DNA from: Eledone cirrhosa
Lineage: Eukaryota
Length of the DNA: 64,000 nt
Direction: 5' to 3'
Assembly: GCA_964016885.1 (NCBI GenBank)
Contig: OZ024756.1
Location: forward strand, 9,052,001 to 9,116,000
Shown one piece after another: positions 51,433-64,000 of this stretch. How positions within the stretch are numbered: position 1 is the first letter of the stretch; each line of letters starts with the position of its first letter. Made by a program: the position numbers and the translations under genes. A model generated the notes under the pieces. It ran no database searches. It saw only the letters and a program-made list of their open reading frames with translations, and was not told where the DNA came from.

Positions 51433-53293
51433 TATATATATACATATATATAATGACAAAGAGGGCTCAATATATATATAAAGCCATAGAGTAAATATTT
51501 AATCTGCCTGTCGTCCAGATTGACTGTCAGCTGAGGCATTTTAGCCATTTGCAGTCTTTGACAGCATTTGGCAGCTGTTCCAGCGATAAGTCCTCATTTT
51601 TATATAAATATTCTAGCTTCGTCTCTTTCACTCTCAATTAATACCATTTGATAGGTTGAGATCCAAGTGTGAAGATGTTTGTGGGTAAACCTGTCTTGTA
51701 CATCAACTTTTATTTTTTTCTTCCAGTCACTTCTGTGCACCAATACACTTCTTGTCCTCCTCTTTCAATGTTTTCTACATTTCATCAGCCTGTCACCCAC
51801 CTTTTGGACTATCTCTCTATTGACCACTGGCCGCTGGTCTCTCAGGCATTTTTGCCCATCGACCATGAAATGTTAGTGTCACAGGACTGATTTTATGGGT
51901 AAATCCACCGACAGGAGACTCAGAGAGCAATAATCCAGTGACCAGACAACAAAGGATCTCCAGAGAACCTTTGTTTCCGAATGTCCAAAATCCAACCCAC
52001 CAGACTTCAACACAAGGTGATGTGTGCATGAAATGATGCTCATCTCTATAAACAGGTCCTATATTGAATTTGACTGGTCCAGTGTCTGTTGGTTAGATAA
52101 CCAACAGACACCTCAGGTCATCTCATCTGGATCATTTGAAAACTTCTGATGACTTTCTCGGGAATAAATGGAGAAAGAAGACAATGAGTTCAAGTTTAAC
52201 AGGAATCACAAAGGTGGTAAAGGAGGACTACTCCAATTTAATAGTATCAATTACAAATTTAGGCATTTGTGTGGAAAAAAGAAGTCAATAATAGTAGTTA
52301 ACTGGTCCTGTATTTTAATAGACCCTGGAAGGATGTAAAGTTGACATCAGAGAGATGTAAAGAGAACAATTACTGTAATAGCAATAAAAGCTTTAGAATA
52401 CTCTGAAAAGCAGAAGATCAATTTATCATAAGAAACACTAGGATTTTTTCTTTTCATTTTTGTCACAACCAGGATTATCTATAACCTTTATAATCATTTC
52501 AATTCATTAAAAATTGACATTTTGGAAACATTTTGTGGCAATATTTGACATTTATTATAGTACTACTCAGCTATAAACTTGGTGAGCTAAGAATGTAATA
52601 TCAATTCTCCTTGCTATTTCACGACAGTTCTCTTCATTTATAACTGCTAATATCATTGGAAAGGGTTTGATGAAAGAAAGAAAAAAAAAAAAAAAGAAAA
52701 AAAAAAGAAGAAGAAAAAAAGAAGAAAAAGAAGAAAAAAAAGAAGAAAAAAAAAATCACAGCTTTCTATTCTCTTGCTAAAATATAAAGGACAGATGTCT
52801 ATTTCAATTAAGTTAAATATATATGAAAAACATCCCAGCAATTATTGAAATTGCCTATTAGTTATTAAAAGCCCTTCAACCACAGTTATTTATGTGACAT
52901 AAATAAACAAAGCCAAAGAACAAAAATGAAAAATTCTAATCTTGAAAATTGGAAGCAAATGAGAAAATACATTTGTAAATAGTAGCTATAATTTATTTTT
53001 CAGTGACTTCTATATAGTCATTCTGTCATAAATCAAGGGTATAAATATCAACAGCAAATTTATAGTACTTTTACATAACAAGTTTCTTTATTAATATTAA
53101 TATTTATTTTTCTTAACCCATGTTTCAATCAACATTATTTATTAGTCAATGTTAAAACCATAAAAAAAAAAAAAGTATCTTTATTCAGAAATAATTGCTT
53201 TTTTACTTTTAATTTTTTTTATTTTCGTTTTACTAGAATTGATAATGATAATATATTTCATTTCTATCACACAATAAGTAATATTGGTGAGAA

Positions 53294-53324
<31 letters not shown>

Positions 53325-53374
53325 TGGTCTTATGCAGTTTGCTTTTCTCTCAATTTTCTTTCTTTCAATCAAAA

Positions 53375-53766
53375 TCATTGTTGTACTAAAAACAGCACAA
53401 GTCGTACATTAATGGTCTTAGACGCAAGCAGTTTGTTGCATTCAAGAACATCGACTATAGGCAATGTATGATATTCACTTTCTGTAGAATCGTTTGAGAA
53501 CTCAAACTCATAGACGTACGGCGTAACATTCAAGTCTCCGTAGGGTCCTTTAAGTGCCATGAACAAAACTTTCAGAGGGTTGTTTGTTCGACTTTTTAGA
53601 ACCAGTTGGTAGCTGAGAGTGCGTTTGCTACTCTGAGTTGGATCTTTTTGGTCATGATCAACACGTGCTTTCAAGACCCACTGGTGTTGAAAGGAGGAGA
53701 AACGACTTGTCTCGTAGAAAAGTTTGGTAATGAAATCATCAGTCCTAAAGGGCCGTAACTGGAGAT
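53375..53766 (-). CDS. CYHR1: Cysteine- and histidine-rich protein 1 / zinc finger TRAF-type containing 1, terminal coding exon
   Basis: LQLRPFRTDDFITKLFYET...WVLKARV...KRTLSYQL...LKGPY...ECNKLLA..INVRL matches the CYHR1 C-terminus as I recall it. Acceptor TTTTCTTCAG, phase 1 (G+AT = Asp). Confidence 0.92.
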
Positions 53767-53787
53767 CTGAAGAAAAGAAACAGAACA

Positions 53788-54036
53788 TTAACCTGTTGAC
53801 TGCTGTGTATATTTACACAGCTACAGTTTCTGTGTTGACTGCTGCGTATATTTTACACAGATACAGTTGGGGTTGTTTTTTTTTCCCAGTAAAATGAATA
53901 TATATTTAAACAAACATTAACATATATCTGAATGATTGACAAACATCACATCAATAAACTAGTAACGCCATCTAGCTGTGAAGTTATGAACTGTTGGAAA
54001 AGAGTTCAAACATGTTAGGACAAGTTATCTCGTCTA
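53788..54036. mobile_element. Non-autonomous DNA element with TTAACC terminus
   Basis: Inverse match to 38390-38620. Confidence 0.65.
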
Positions 54037-54179
54037 CAATATGCAATTGAAAAGGGATCAATATTTAGAACATAAGACTCAAGGAATAAACTTTATAATG
54101 GCAGCAGTCACACTAAATTTTTTTATATAAAAATAAAATTCATCAACGTTTGGATATAAAGAAAAAGAGAAAAAGAAAT

Positions 54180-54972
54180 AACCAGTCGAAGAGAGGTAGT
54201 CACAGTTCTAGGACAGCATTCCTCACCATATGAGATGTTATCTGGTGTACCACAGGTATCTGTTCTTGGTCTCCCCTTTTGTTTGTGGCATATATTAATG
54301 ACATAGATGCCAACTTAAAGAATGCCACAGTACTAAAGTACGCAGATGACATCAAGCTGTACCTTGAGATAAAAAGGACAGATCCTGAACACTATAGATC
54401 TTACCTGCAATCTGACCTGGAGACAATGCAACAATGGATCACGGACTGGCAACTCAAGCTAGCTGTGGACAAGTGTACCACCATGCATTTTGGGAGCAAA
54501 ACCCAGCATCCACATACTCCCTCCACAGCACTAATATCAAGAAGTCTTCTTGTGAACGTGACCTGGGCATTACTGTCAGCAGCGATTTGCGTTGGACGAA
54601 GCACGTCTCTAAAATTGTCAAGAGGGCCGAGGGTGTCTTACCATCACTCAGCAAGACCTTTGTCAGCCACTCTCCAGCTATCTATTTAAGGCTGTACATG
54701 GCTATGGTGCGGCCACACTTAGAATTTGCATCACCAGTCTGGAACCTCTATCTTGCTCAGAACACTGACTTCCTGGAAACTGCTCAGAGACGTAAAACCA
54801 AGCGAATACCTTCCATCAGGCATCTACCATACACTGAGTGCCATGCTTCCCTGGGCATGGATACATTGAAGCTCCGACGTCTGGCAACTGACTTGGTAAA
54901 CACCCACAAAATTATTAACCATCTTGCCAACAACAACCCTGAGCACTTTTTTGATTTCTATGTGTCTAACAC
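54180..54972 (+). mobile_element. CR1-clade LINE RT fragment
   Basis: SGVPQ.SVLG, YINDI, KYADDIKL, ERDLGI and VRPHLEFASPVWN; frameshifted. Confidence 0.9.
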
Positions 54973-55978
54973 ATCTCACTTACATACCAGCCTGCACTCT
55001 ACTGAGTGTATTTTACTGTGGCACCAGCACTAGGGAAGTTGTCATGTCTTGGATACAGCTGAAGAGTCTTGCTGACTCTTTGGTTGGCAGGTTTTCTATA
55101 GCTGGATTCTCTTCCTATCACCAAACATTTTACATTGGGTTTATCATGTAAATCACCAACACTAGGGAGGTTGCCGTGTCTTGGACATGACTGAAGACTC
55201 CCCTTGACATGGTTACAGTGGGATGGCTTTCCTAGCGCCAGTCACCTTCCAGAGTGTACTCAGTGCATTTTTCGTGGCACTGGCATTTGGGACGTTGTCA
55301 GCCATTGACTCAACAGAAATTCTTGATTCAAATAGATTTTATAATCTAAAATGAAATCAGAAACATATTAAACAATGATAAAACTATGAGTGATGTTAGA
55401 GCTGTGAAATCTTGCATTAATTCCAATTTATTAATAATTGCATTGTTTCTTTCCAAGGACTATGGTGAAAAATAAACCTCATTTGGTCATTCCATTAGAG
55501 TATCTTCGTCAGCCTATGAAGGAGTGATGCTAGAGCTGTGAAATTTTGCATTAATTTCATCTCTTCTTATTAATAACTGCATTGTTTCTTTCCAGGGACT
55601 ATGTTGAAAAGTAAACCTCATTTGGTCATTCCATGAGAGTATCTTGGTCAGCCCAATTTTTTCATGGGAAATCAGGGTAAATATATTTTCATAATATTTT
55701 AGACATAACCATGATCTAAAAAGCTACCTGTTTCAGAAAATACCATATATAATATAAGCTGCTTTCAATATAGGCTGACCTCCTATATTATGTCTGAGAA
55801 TTAGGTGAAAATCTAAACCCCATTTATAAATCAAGGCAACAAATCAACACATTGTTTAAACGGCAAATATAAGCCCACCACTCATTTTACCAATTTTTGG
55901 GGTCACATATTCCTTATATATTCATGTATATACAGTATGTTTAATTATTAGTCCTCGTTTATATCAGAAAATCAACTA

Positions 55979-56202
55979 AGTCCACAACAGCATCGAGGGT
56001 ACTAAAGAAACTTGTTAAAAATATTTAACACAGCCACTGATGTTGCACGATACACCTAAAACTGAAGGTGAAAAATTAGAATATGAACTTCACAGCGAGC
56101 TCCATAGATTTCCCACTGACCAATTATTGCCCAGGCTTAAGGCCTGGGTATTGATTGGTCAGTGGGAAAAATTCAAAAATACCCTTGATGCCGTTGTGGA
56201 CT
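55979..56202. mobile_element. MITE with 23-bp terminal inverted repeats and an internal hairpin
   Basis: AGTCCACAACAGCATCGAGGGTA...TACCCTTGATGCCGTTGTGGACT; internal TTCCCACTGACCAAT...ATTGGTCAGTGGGAA. Confidence 0.75.
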
Positions 56203-56444
56203 GTCAATTACAGTTATAAACTTATAGAATATTTTAACTATTAATTTATATATTCTAAGAGATAAAAATCAATGTTTTTGATCACCAAATTTATATATTT
56301 GAACACTTTAGCATTTAAACTGGCCATATCCGGCCAGAATTCTCTCACCTCTTTCTGTTCAAACTGGCTGTAACCGGCTGCTCATACTGATGTTAAGTTA
56401 TTGTACTTAAATTAAATAATATCAAAATCTCATTCATTTGATAT

Positions 56445-57885
56445 CATGTGAAATAATTATGTGAGGTAAAGCCTTCACCATGAAAATTTAATAGTATATA
56501 TAGAGTAATATATGTTAACATATGTTGATGCCCTAAGGACAGACACTGGTCTGTTGGAGATGCAGGATATGGCAGCGATAATGAGGGACAGGGACCGCTG
56601 GAGAGAGCTCGTCCATGGATCTCGGGAATTTTACCCGCCTTAGATAGATACAGAGTAATGTAAATGTTATGTGAGATTTTATGTGAGATAAAGCCTTCAC
56701 CATGAAAATACAATAGTAAATATAGAGTAATGTAAATGTTATGTGAGATTTTATGTGAGATAAAGCCTTCACCATGAAAATACAATAGTATATATAGAGT
56801 AATGTAAATGTTATGTGAGGTAATTATGTGAGGTAAAGTCTTTACTGTGAAAATACAATAGTATATATAGAGTAATGTAAATGTTATGTGAGGTAATTAT
56901 GTGAGGTAAAGTCTTTACTGTGAAAATATAATAGTATATATAGAGTAATGTAAATGTTATGTGAGATATTATGTGAGGTAAAGCCTTTACTGTGAAAATA
57001 CAATAGTATATATAGAGTAATGTAAATGTTATGTGAGATATTATGTGAGGTAAAGTCTTTACTGTGAAAATACAATAGAATATATAGAGTAATGTAAATG
57101 TTATGTGAGGTAAAGCCTTTACTGTGAAAATACAATAGTATATATAGAGTAATGTAAATGTTATGTGAGATATTATGTGAGGTAAAGCCTTTACTGTGAA
57201 AATACAATAGTATATATAGAGTAATGTAAATGTTATGTGATATATTATGTGAGGTAAAACCTTTACTGTAAAAATACAATAGTATATATAGAGTAATGTA
57301 AATGTTATGTGATATATTATGTGAGGTAAAGCCTTTACTGTGAAAATACAATAGTATATATAGAGTAATGTAAATGTTATGTGATATATTATGTGAGGTA
57401 AAACCTTTACTGTAAAAATACAATAGTATATATAGAGTAATGTAAATGTTATGTGATATATTATGTGAGGTAAAGCCTTTACTGTGAAAATACAATAGAA
57501 TATATAGAGTAATGTAAATGTTATGTGAGATATTATGTGAGGTAAAGATTTTACTGTGAAAATACAATAGTATATATAGAGTAATGTAAATGTTATGTGA
57601 GATATTATGTGAGGTAAAGCCTTTACTGTGAAAATACAATAGAATATATAGAGTAATGTAAATGTTATGTGAGATATTATGTGAGGTAAAGCCTTTACTG
57701 TGAAAATACAATAGTATATATAGAGTAATGTAAATATTTTGTGAGGTATTATGTGAGGTAAAGCCTTTACTGTGAAAATACAATAGTATATATAGAGTAA
57801 TGTATATGTTATGTGAGATATTATGTGAGATAAAGCCTTTACTGTGAAAATACAATAGTAAATATAGAGTAATGTAAATGTTGGG
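56445..57885. repeat. 72-bp tandem array inside a TTAA MITE (56300-57889), with an RTE tail inserted at about 56515-56650
   Basis: The unit matches the single-copy segment 37722-37790; source of the 24-aa-repeat ORF. Confidence 0.92.
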
Positions 57886-57992
57886 TTAATAGATAAAAAT
57901 CATTGTTTTTGATCACCAAATATCCAAATGATATACAAAATATTAAACACTTTTGTGTTCTTAAATTTTAGATAACTCTTGTATTACATTAC

Positions 57993-58204
57993 CATTAAAT
58001 GTTATTTTTTCATAGGAAAGCAGGGCAAATATATCCTCATAGAGTTTTAACTGCTCTGTATTTTGTTTGTCTATTGCCTGTAAAGCATCCATCAGTTCAA
58101 TGCCAGTCTTTTGAGGATGGCTGCAATGTTCTTCGTGCTCTTTGAGTTCATGGTATGGACCACGCCAGGGACACCCAAGCTGGGCATATTTGCAAGAACT
58201 CGGC
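57993..58204 (-). CDS. CYHR1: CYHR1/ZFTRAF1 internal exon (TRAF-type zinc finger)
   Basis: PSSCKYAQLGCPWRGPYHELKEHEEHCSHPQKTG...LLSYEKITFN; acceptor TTCTGCAG (phase 2) and donor G|GTAATG (phase 1). Confidence 0.92.
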
Positions 58205-59824
58205 CTGCAGAATACAGAAGGCAAAACTTTAGACAGTAAATATTTATGCTAAATGCTATTGTTTTCGAAAAAATATAGAGAAGGGGGGTAAAAAAAAGAA
58301 TCAAAGACAATCATTCAAAAATAATAAATTGTAAGAAAGAATCTTGAGAAAATTTTGTATCAATAATAAAAGAAACTAATGAGAAATATTAACCTGGACA
58401 ATGACAGCATACTTACTCAGAGACAAATGGCCAGGAAACTACTGACGGGTATAAACCAGCACCTGAAACCTTCTAAGTCTGTGTTTGTCCATTATGAAAG
58501 CATTCAAGCACATATACAAAACCTGACACTAAAACTATTGCTGAATAATTATTATTAAAATTAAAAAATAAAAGAAATTTTTTTTTTTTTAAAACCTACT
58601 CTTGAAAATATTTAAATACTAATTCTAAATATGCTTTTATTTTTTTTTTAAATTGATAAATAAAATAAATAAAAACATTTTTAAAATAAATAAACTATCC
58701 CTGTTATAATAAAATAAATAAACAAACAAGAAAAATACATTTTTCTATCAACAATATTTACTATATAACCTATTATTGTCAACAATACTATATAACCTGT
58801 CAGGAACATCTACTGTATAACCTATTATTCTTATGAAACTAAACAGACCAGTAGGTTTTACTTCCATTTCATTAATTTAAAAAAAAAAAGACATAGCTAT
58901 CATCTAAAAACTTACCTGTTTCAGAAAGTAAGTTTAATTTAAATAACTCCTCAATTATATCAGAAAAACTAACTAAATTTCTTTCAAATGAAATTATTAT
59001 AAACTTATAGAATATTTTAACTATTAATTAATATATTTTAAGAGATAAAAATCATTATTTTTAATCACCAAAGATTCCAAGAAGTACGAAAATATAAAAA
59101 TGATAAATATCAACATTAATTTTAGAAAAAATTTCAAATGAATTTTAAAAAGAATTTTAGATTTTTGAGATGAAAAAAAAAAATCTAGTTTATAAAATTT
59201 AATGGATAATTATATAGAAAAGACAAGAGAGAGAATTTAAAGATAAATTTAGAGTAAAAAGAATCACATCTCATTAAATGCTGTAAAAGAAGTTTAATGT
59301 ATAGATTGTGAATGTAGTATGTGTGTGAGTGTGTGTGTGTGTGTATCAGTTTGAGAGAGAGTGTGTATGTGAGTGTGTGTATGTGTGTAAGAGTTTGAAA
59401 GTGAGAGAGAGTATGTGTGTGTGTGTTGTATGTACATGTGAATTATATGTCAATAGACTACCATTCACAGGTATCTTTAAGTAACATCACTATTCAGCAA
59501 GCTGCCATTGCAACAAACAAAATATAACAGATGGATCTATTATTATTAATAATAATAATATACCATGGTGTCAGTTGCAAAGAGCAGCCAGAGAATCAGA
59601 GAGAATCAGTTAAAATGTGTAGGAATGAAGGAATGGCAAGGAATGGTAGGAACAGGGAAGGCAGCAGCTTAAAACACAGTGGACGTGAAAGTATTTCCCC
59701 ATGGAAACATTGACCAAACATACTGACACCTGCTGAATCATCTGCAGTGAGCGTCTGTTAAATAAAAATGTGAGAGAAAAAAAAAAAGAGAGAAAACAAA
59801 AAAAAAAATAATAATAATGATAAT

Positions 59825-60060
59825 AATATCTCTTTCTAACATTGGCACAAGGCCAGCAATTTGGGGGAAGAAAAGAGGGGCGAGGGGGAAGTCAATTATA
59901 TCAACCCCAGTACTTAACTGGTACTTTATTTTATCGACCCTGAAAAGGATGAAAGGCAAAGTTGGCCTCGGCAGGATTTGAACACAGATCGTAGAAAGTT
60001 GTTAACCAAACACCACAAAGCATTTTGTCCTGACGCTCTATCGATTCTGCCAATCCTCAG
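59825..60060 (-). mobile_element. tRNA-derived SINE (longer variant of the Meta-like family)
   Basis: GGCACAAGGCCAGCAATT...CTGGTACTTTATTTTATCGACCC...GGATGAAAGGC. Confidence 0.8.
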
Positions 60061-60661
60061 CCCTTAACAACAATCATAACAGTAATAAATAAGTAAATAA
60101 ATAAAAGACATTAAATCCATTGGTTATATGAACAGATTGGCTAACTAGCTAAACAAAACATCACTTATCTAACATAAAACTAATCCAAACATGAAATATA
60201 GTCATTAATAGACTTAACACAGAAACGTTCTTTTCATCTCTCATATTTTTTTTTTAATATAAAAAAACCAAAAAACCAAAAAAAAAAAAAAAAATGATCC
60301 AAATCCACATTTCCTTATAAGGAACATTTATTTGACAGACAAACAGTTTACAGCGAAGTAGACAAGTATAAAAAACCTTGATCACTTCAATGCTGACAAT
60401 TTTTGGAAGATTTTTTACAGGAATTATAATGGGAATTTTTTTTTTTTTTTTTCACAATAAAAGTTTTTAAAAAATAAATTCTTTTACAATAAATCAGTTT
60501 TTTTTAAAAATAAATTTACAAAATATATTTCTTTTGACCTAAGTGTAGAAAAATAAATGTTTTTACAATTTTTTTTTTTTTGTGTATGTGTTCTGATGAG
60601 AATATATTTAGCTAGATTAATTATTTCACTGCTTCAAACAAAGAGGTAAGTATGTATATAT

Positions 60662-60719
<58 letters not shown>

Positions 60720-61989
60720 ATGATTTCGCTTATGTAAATGTTTTCAATATACAATTATTTGGAATAAGCAATTAGTCTGAACCAGGCAGAAAAATAAGCA
60801 CTCACACAAGCACAAACATACATACATGCACACACTATTACTAAATAGTTATATATAGATGAAAATGCAATTTCTGGCATGCCAGTGGCTGATGAGGTAT
60901 ATCTGAGGAGACATTTTTTTATCACGTGAGGGGACACGGAGAGAAAAAAACAGAAAATAATTGCAAAGGAATGGAAACAATTCATTAAAATATAACTTAT
61001 GAATATGTGGCTATGTTTATTCTATGAGTAATGAATGATTCAGTAATGAAAGTATTTGACAAACAAAAAGTATCAAGAAGGACAAAACAAATGAAAAATA
61101 GAAATAAATATACTTAAGTTACTATTATAATTACTAGAATGACTCAAAATAATTTTTTTTAAATAAATGTATTTAAAATTCATATTCAACAAATTTGTTC
61201 ATGGACTTAATGGATTAACTCTATAATGGCCTGTTTCAAGACATCCAAAGTTCCTTTTCTCTCTTTTTTTTTTTTTTTTAATTATATTTTTATTTTTATC
61301 AAGAATGATAAAAAAAAAATCTTTAAAACAAAGGATAACAATGTTAGCAACAGAATAAAATATAGCAGTAACTGCAGGCCAATAGAATAACTATCAAAGA
61401 GCTGAGAAAGCAGAGAAAGATGGACATTGAAGAAGAAGAAAGCTAAAAATTTTAAATTAAAAAAATTAAAAATACTGTCAAGATATTTAAGTAATTATAA
61501 ATAAATCATCTAATTAAAAATTATTTAGCACAACAAACAGTATCTACCAACCGATACAAGACAAGCATTAAAGAAATACTGGTAAGGATAGAAAGTTTTT
61601 AAAAAATTAAAATTAAACTAAATTTTATTGGAAATAATTTCAAGAGGAATTGTAAGTTTAATAACAAAGTCCATTTGAACGGCAAAAGTGAAGAGTTTTA
61701 ATATCTAAACAACATTAGTCGAAGTCGTTTTTCCAAACCCTATAATTATATAGGATAAATATCGAATAATACTTACCAAGCAGTAACTTTATAAGGGATT
61801 CAATACTCTTGATTTTTCCTTATCATAGAATTTTTTTTTCACCCTTATTAAGATTTGTATATATTGATTATTGATATATATTGATATATATTGATAAGGA
61901 GTTAATTTTAACTATTCTACATTTAAAAAAAAACTATTTCATGTTGTTCCAATTTACTCAACTGTAGAAATGTTATATTATACATATGA

Positions 61990-62325
61990 AGGTGTGTGGC
62001 TTAGTGTTTAGTGTTGGGCTTGTAATCGTCAAGTTGTGAGTTCGAATCTCAGATAATGTAATGCGTCGTGTCCTTGAGCAAGACACTTTATTTCACGTTG
62101 CTCCAGTTTACTCAGCTGTAGAAATGAGTTGTGATGTCACTGGTGTCAAGCTGTATTGGTCATTACCTTTCCCTTGGACAACATCAGTGGTGTGGAAAGG
62201 GGAGGCTGGTATGCATGGGTGACTGCTGGTCTTCCACAAATAACCTTGCCCGGACAAGTACCTCGGAGGGGAACTTTCTAGGTACAAATCCCATGGTCAT
62301 TTGTGACCAAAGGGGGTCTTTACTC
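61990..62325 (+). mobile_element. tRNA-derived SINE with V-domain-like core and a different 3' tail
   Basis: TGGCTTAGTG A-box, GAGTTCGAATC B-box, GTGTCCTTGAGCAAGACACTT core. Confidence 0.82.
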
Positions 62326-63976
62326 TTTACATTAAAAAAATATTCTAATTATAAATTATATATTTTCCCTATTTTAAATAATAGACTCCAGTTTCAAAGT
62401 TTTAAAAAATTACAAAAATTAAGGATATATAACTGTAGGGATATTTTATGTCTTTCATTATCATTCGAGGTTAACTTTGCCTTTCATCCTTACGGGGTCG
62501 ATAAAATAAAGTACCAGTAATGCACTGGATAATTGCTGGCCTTGTGCCAAAAGTAGAAACAATTATTATTATTATTTGTAAATAATATAAAGCATATTTG
62601 TTCTTCACTCAAATTAAAAACTAAAGAGGTACAAAAAAAAATCCTTAAATTATATTCACTCAACACATTTGTTTCTTCTTAGTTTTAAATTTAGAGTAAT
62701 GTCTTTCTTTTCGTCTGATGAAAGTGTTGAAAATAATAAAAGATGAAATATTTAATAAAGAGACCGTTTAATTAGATGGAAATCCAACAAGATTGAAGTC
62801 ATAAAAATGTAAAGTATCAATATATCAGGTTAGTCATTTTATAGAGTTGGTGGCAAGACAAAGTGTTCTTCCCCGGCCGCCATTTTGTGTCTTGTGCTGC
62901 CCCTAAAACACAAATACACCGCTGGGCCTCAGTTTATTGAAGCTGGAAACGAGTCGATCTTACTTGACATTTCAACAGCTGATGTAAGGAAGTTTTTACA
63001 AAATAAAAATAAAAAAATTACCAATTGTTCCAACAATTCAAATGTAAAAAAAAAAAAAAAAAAAAAAAATAGAAAAAAAAAAGAAGCTATTGGAACTTTG
63101 AAACTATTGTAATAAAACCAAACTATTGCAGCAATTATACTTAAGATCTACACATGAAATATAACTTCCTTTGTTGGTTTAAAAGCTTGTTAATTAATTA
63201 AAAGAGATGAATCACCGGGGAAAAACTACTTGAATGTAACAGGGCTCTAGGCCCCAACATCAAGTATCTGTTCTGGTCAAGTTAACAATTTTTTTTTTTT
63301 CAAATTTTTTTCCTGAGAGTTTAACATTATCTACAAACCAGTCAGAGATATAGAGTTTAATTCACCATTACTGTCAGATATTTGGTATATGATGCTGGTA
63401 ACAGTCAAAGGAATAACAGGCGGATCCCACTGCTTCAACAACATTCCACTTTAACATCGATGTCAGATGAACTAATCTGGCCTGCAGTCATTAAGTTGAT
63501 GGTTGAATTTTTACAAGAAGCAATAAGAAATGTTGCCTCTAAATAGTAATGTGAAGTCATTGTAGTTATAGGAGGAGAAGTCTCAAGTGGGACAACATTG
63601 AAGATCTTCAGCAAAAGTGGACCTTGGCTAGCTGACTCCAGTCCTGGGTGACAACAGAAAAATAAAAATTGTGTTTCTCGTTAACATTTAAAACAATACA
63701 ATCAGTCTTTTGTCACTTATGGGAAATGAGCAAGTGCATGCATGTATTAGCAAGAGACATGCTGCTCAAGGACACATGCATCCACTTGCATATAACCCCA
63801 AGCAGTGATGGACTTACAAAAGTGGCAACTAGTTTTTTTTTAACAGGTGGCAACCTTACAGAAATCCTAAACTTTTTCTATTTTAGACTAGGTTTTTTTT
63901 TTGTAGCAGTTTTAGCAAGACAGACGCTGCAGATTGCTATGTTATAGTCAATGCTTACCGTAGGTCTGCACCTTAC

Positions 63977-64000
63977 CTCTCCTGACACAGATGGCCTTCA
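63977..64000 (-). CDS. CYHR1: CYHR1/ZFTRAF1 exon, 3' end only (runs off the window)
   Basis: Reads EGHLCQE-R with donor AG|GTAAGG, phase 2, joining the G at 58204 to give Arg. Confidence 0.8.

Noticed and set aside
56884-57855. 323-aa repeat ORF
   Set aside because: Translation of the 72-bp MITE-derived array.
62874-62888. YY1-like CCGCCATTTT motif in a CYHR1 intron
   Set aside because: A single short motif with no other promoter evidence.

Overview
This is AT-rich, repeat-dense animal DNA, most likely an octopus (inferred from the protocadherin type and the SINE/LINE repertoire). It holds two convergent host genes. The first is a 7-cadherin-repeat protocadherin on +, which I rebuild from three phase-compatible coding exons (6021-8708, 24235-24367, 36482-37005; the middle exon is absent from the ORF track). 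The second is the 3' part of CYHR1/ZFTRAF1 on - (exons 63977-64000, 57993-58204, 53375-53766). The rest is tRNA-derived SINEs, RTE, CR1, R4/Dong, CRE and Penelope-like retroelement remnants, a mariner remnant, TTAA-bounded MITEs, and large mini/microsatellites that generate most of the long low-complexity ORFs. The most notable unannotated signal is a set of about ten type I hammerhead ribozyme motifs from at least six unrelated short elements. Nearly all sit next to (AT)n tracts, and several are arranged as tandem or inverted repeats. One is a 542-bp tandem-plus-inverted unit with a complete hammerhead, and hammerhead-bearing palindromes lie just upstream of both downstream protocadherin exons. 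All structures were read by eye; no folding or database search was run.
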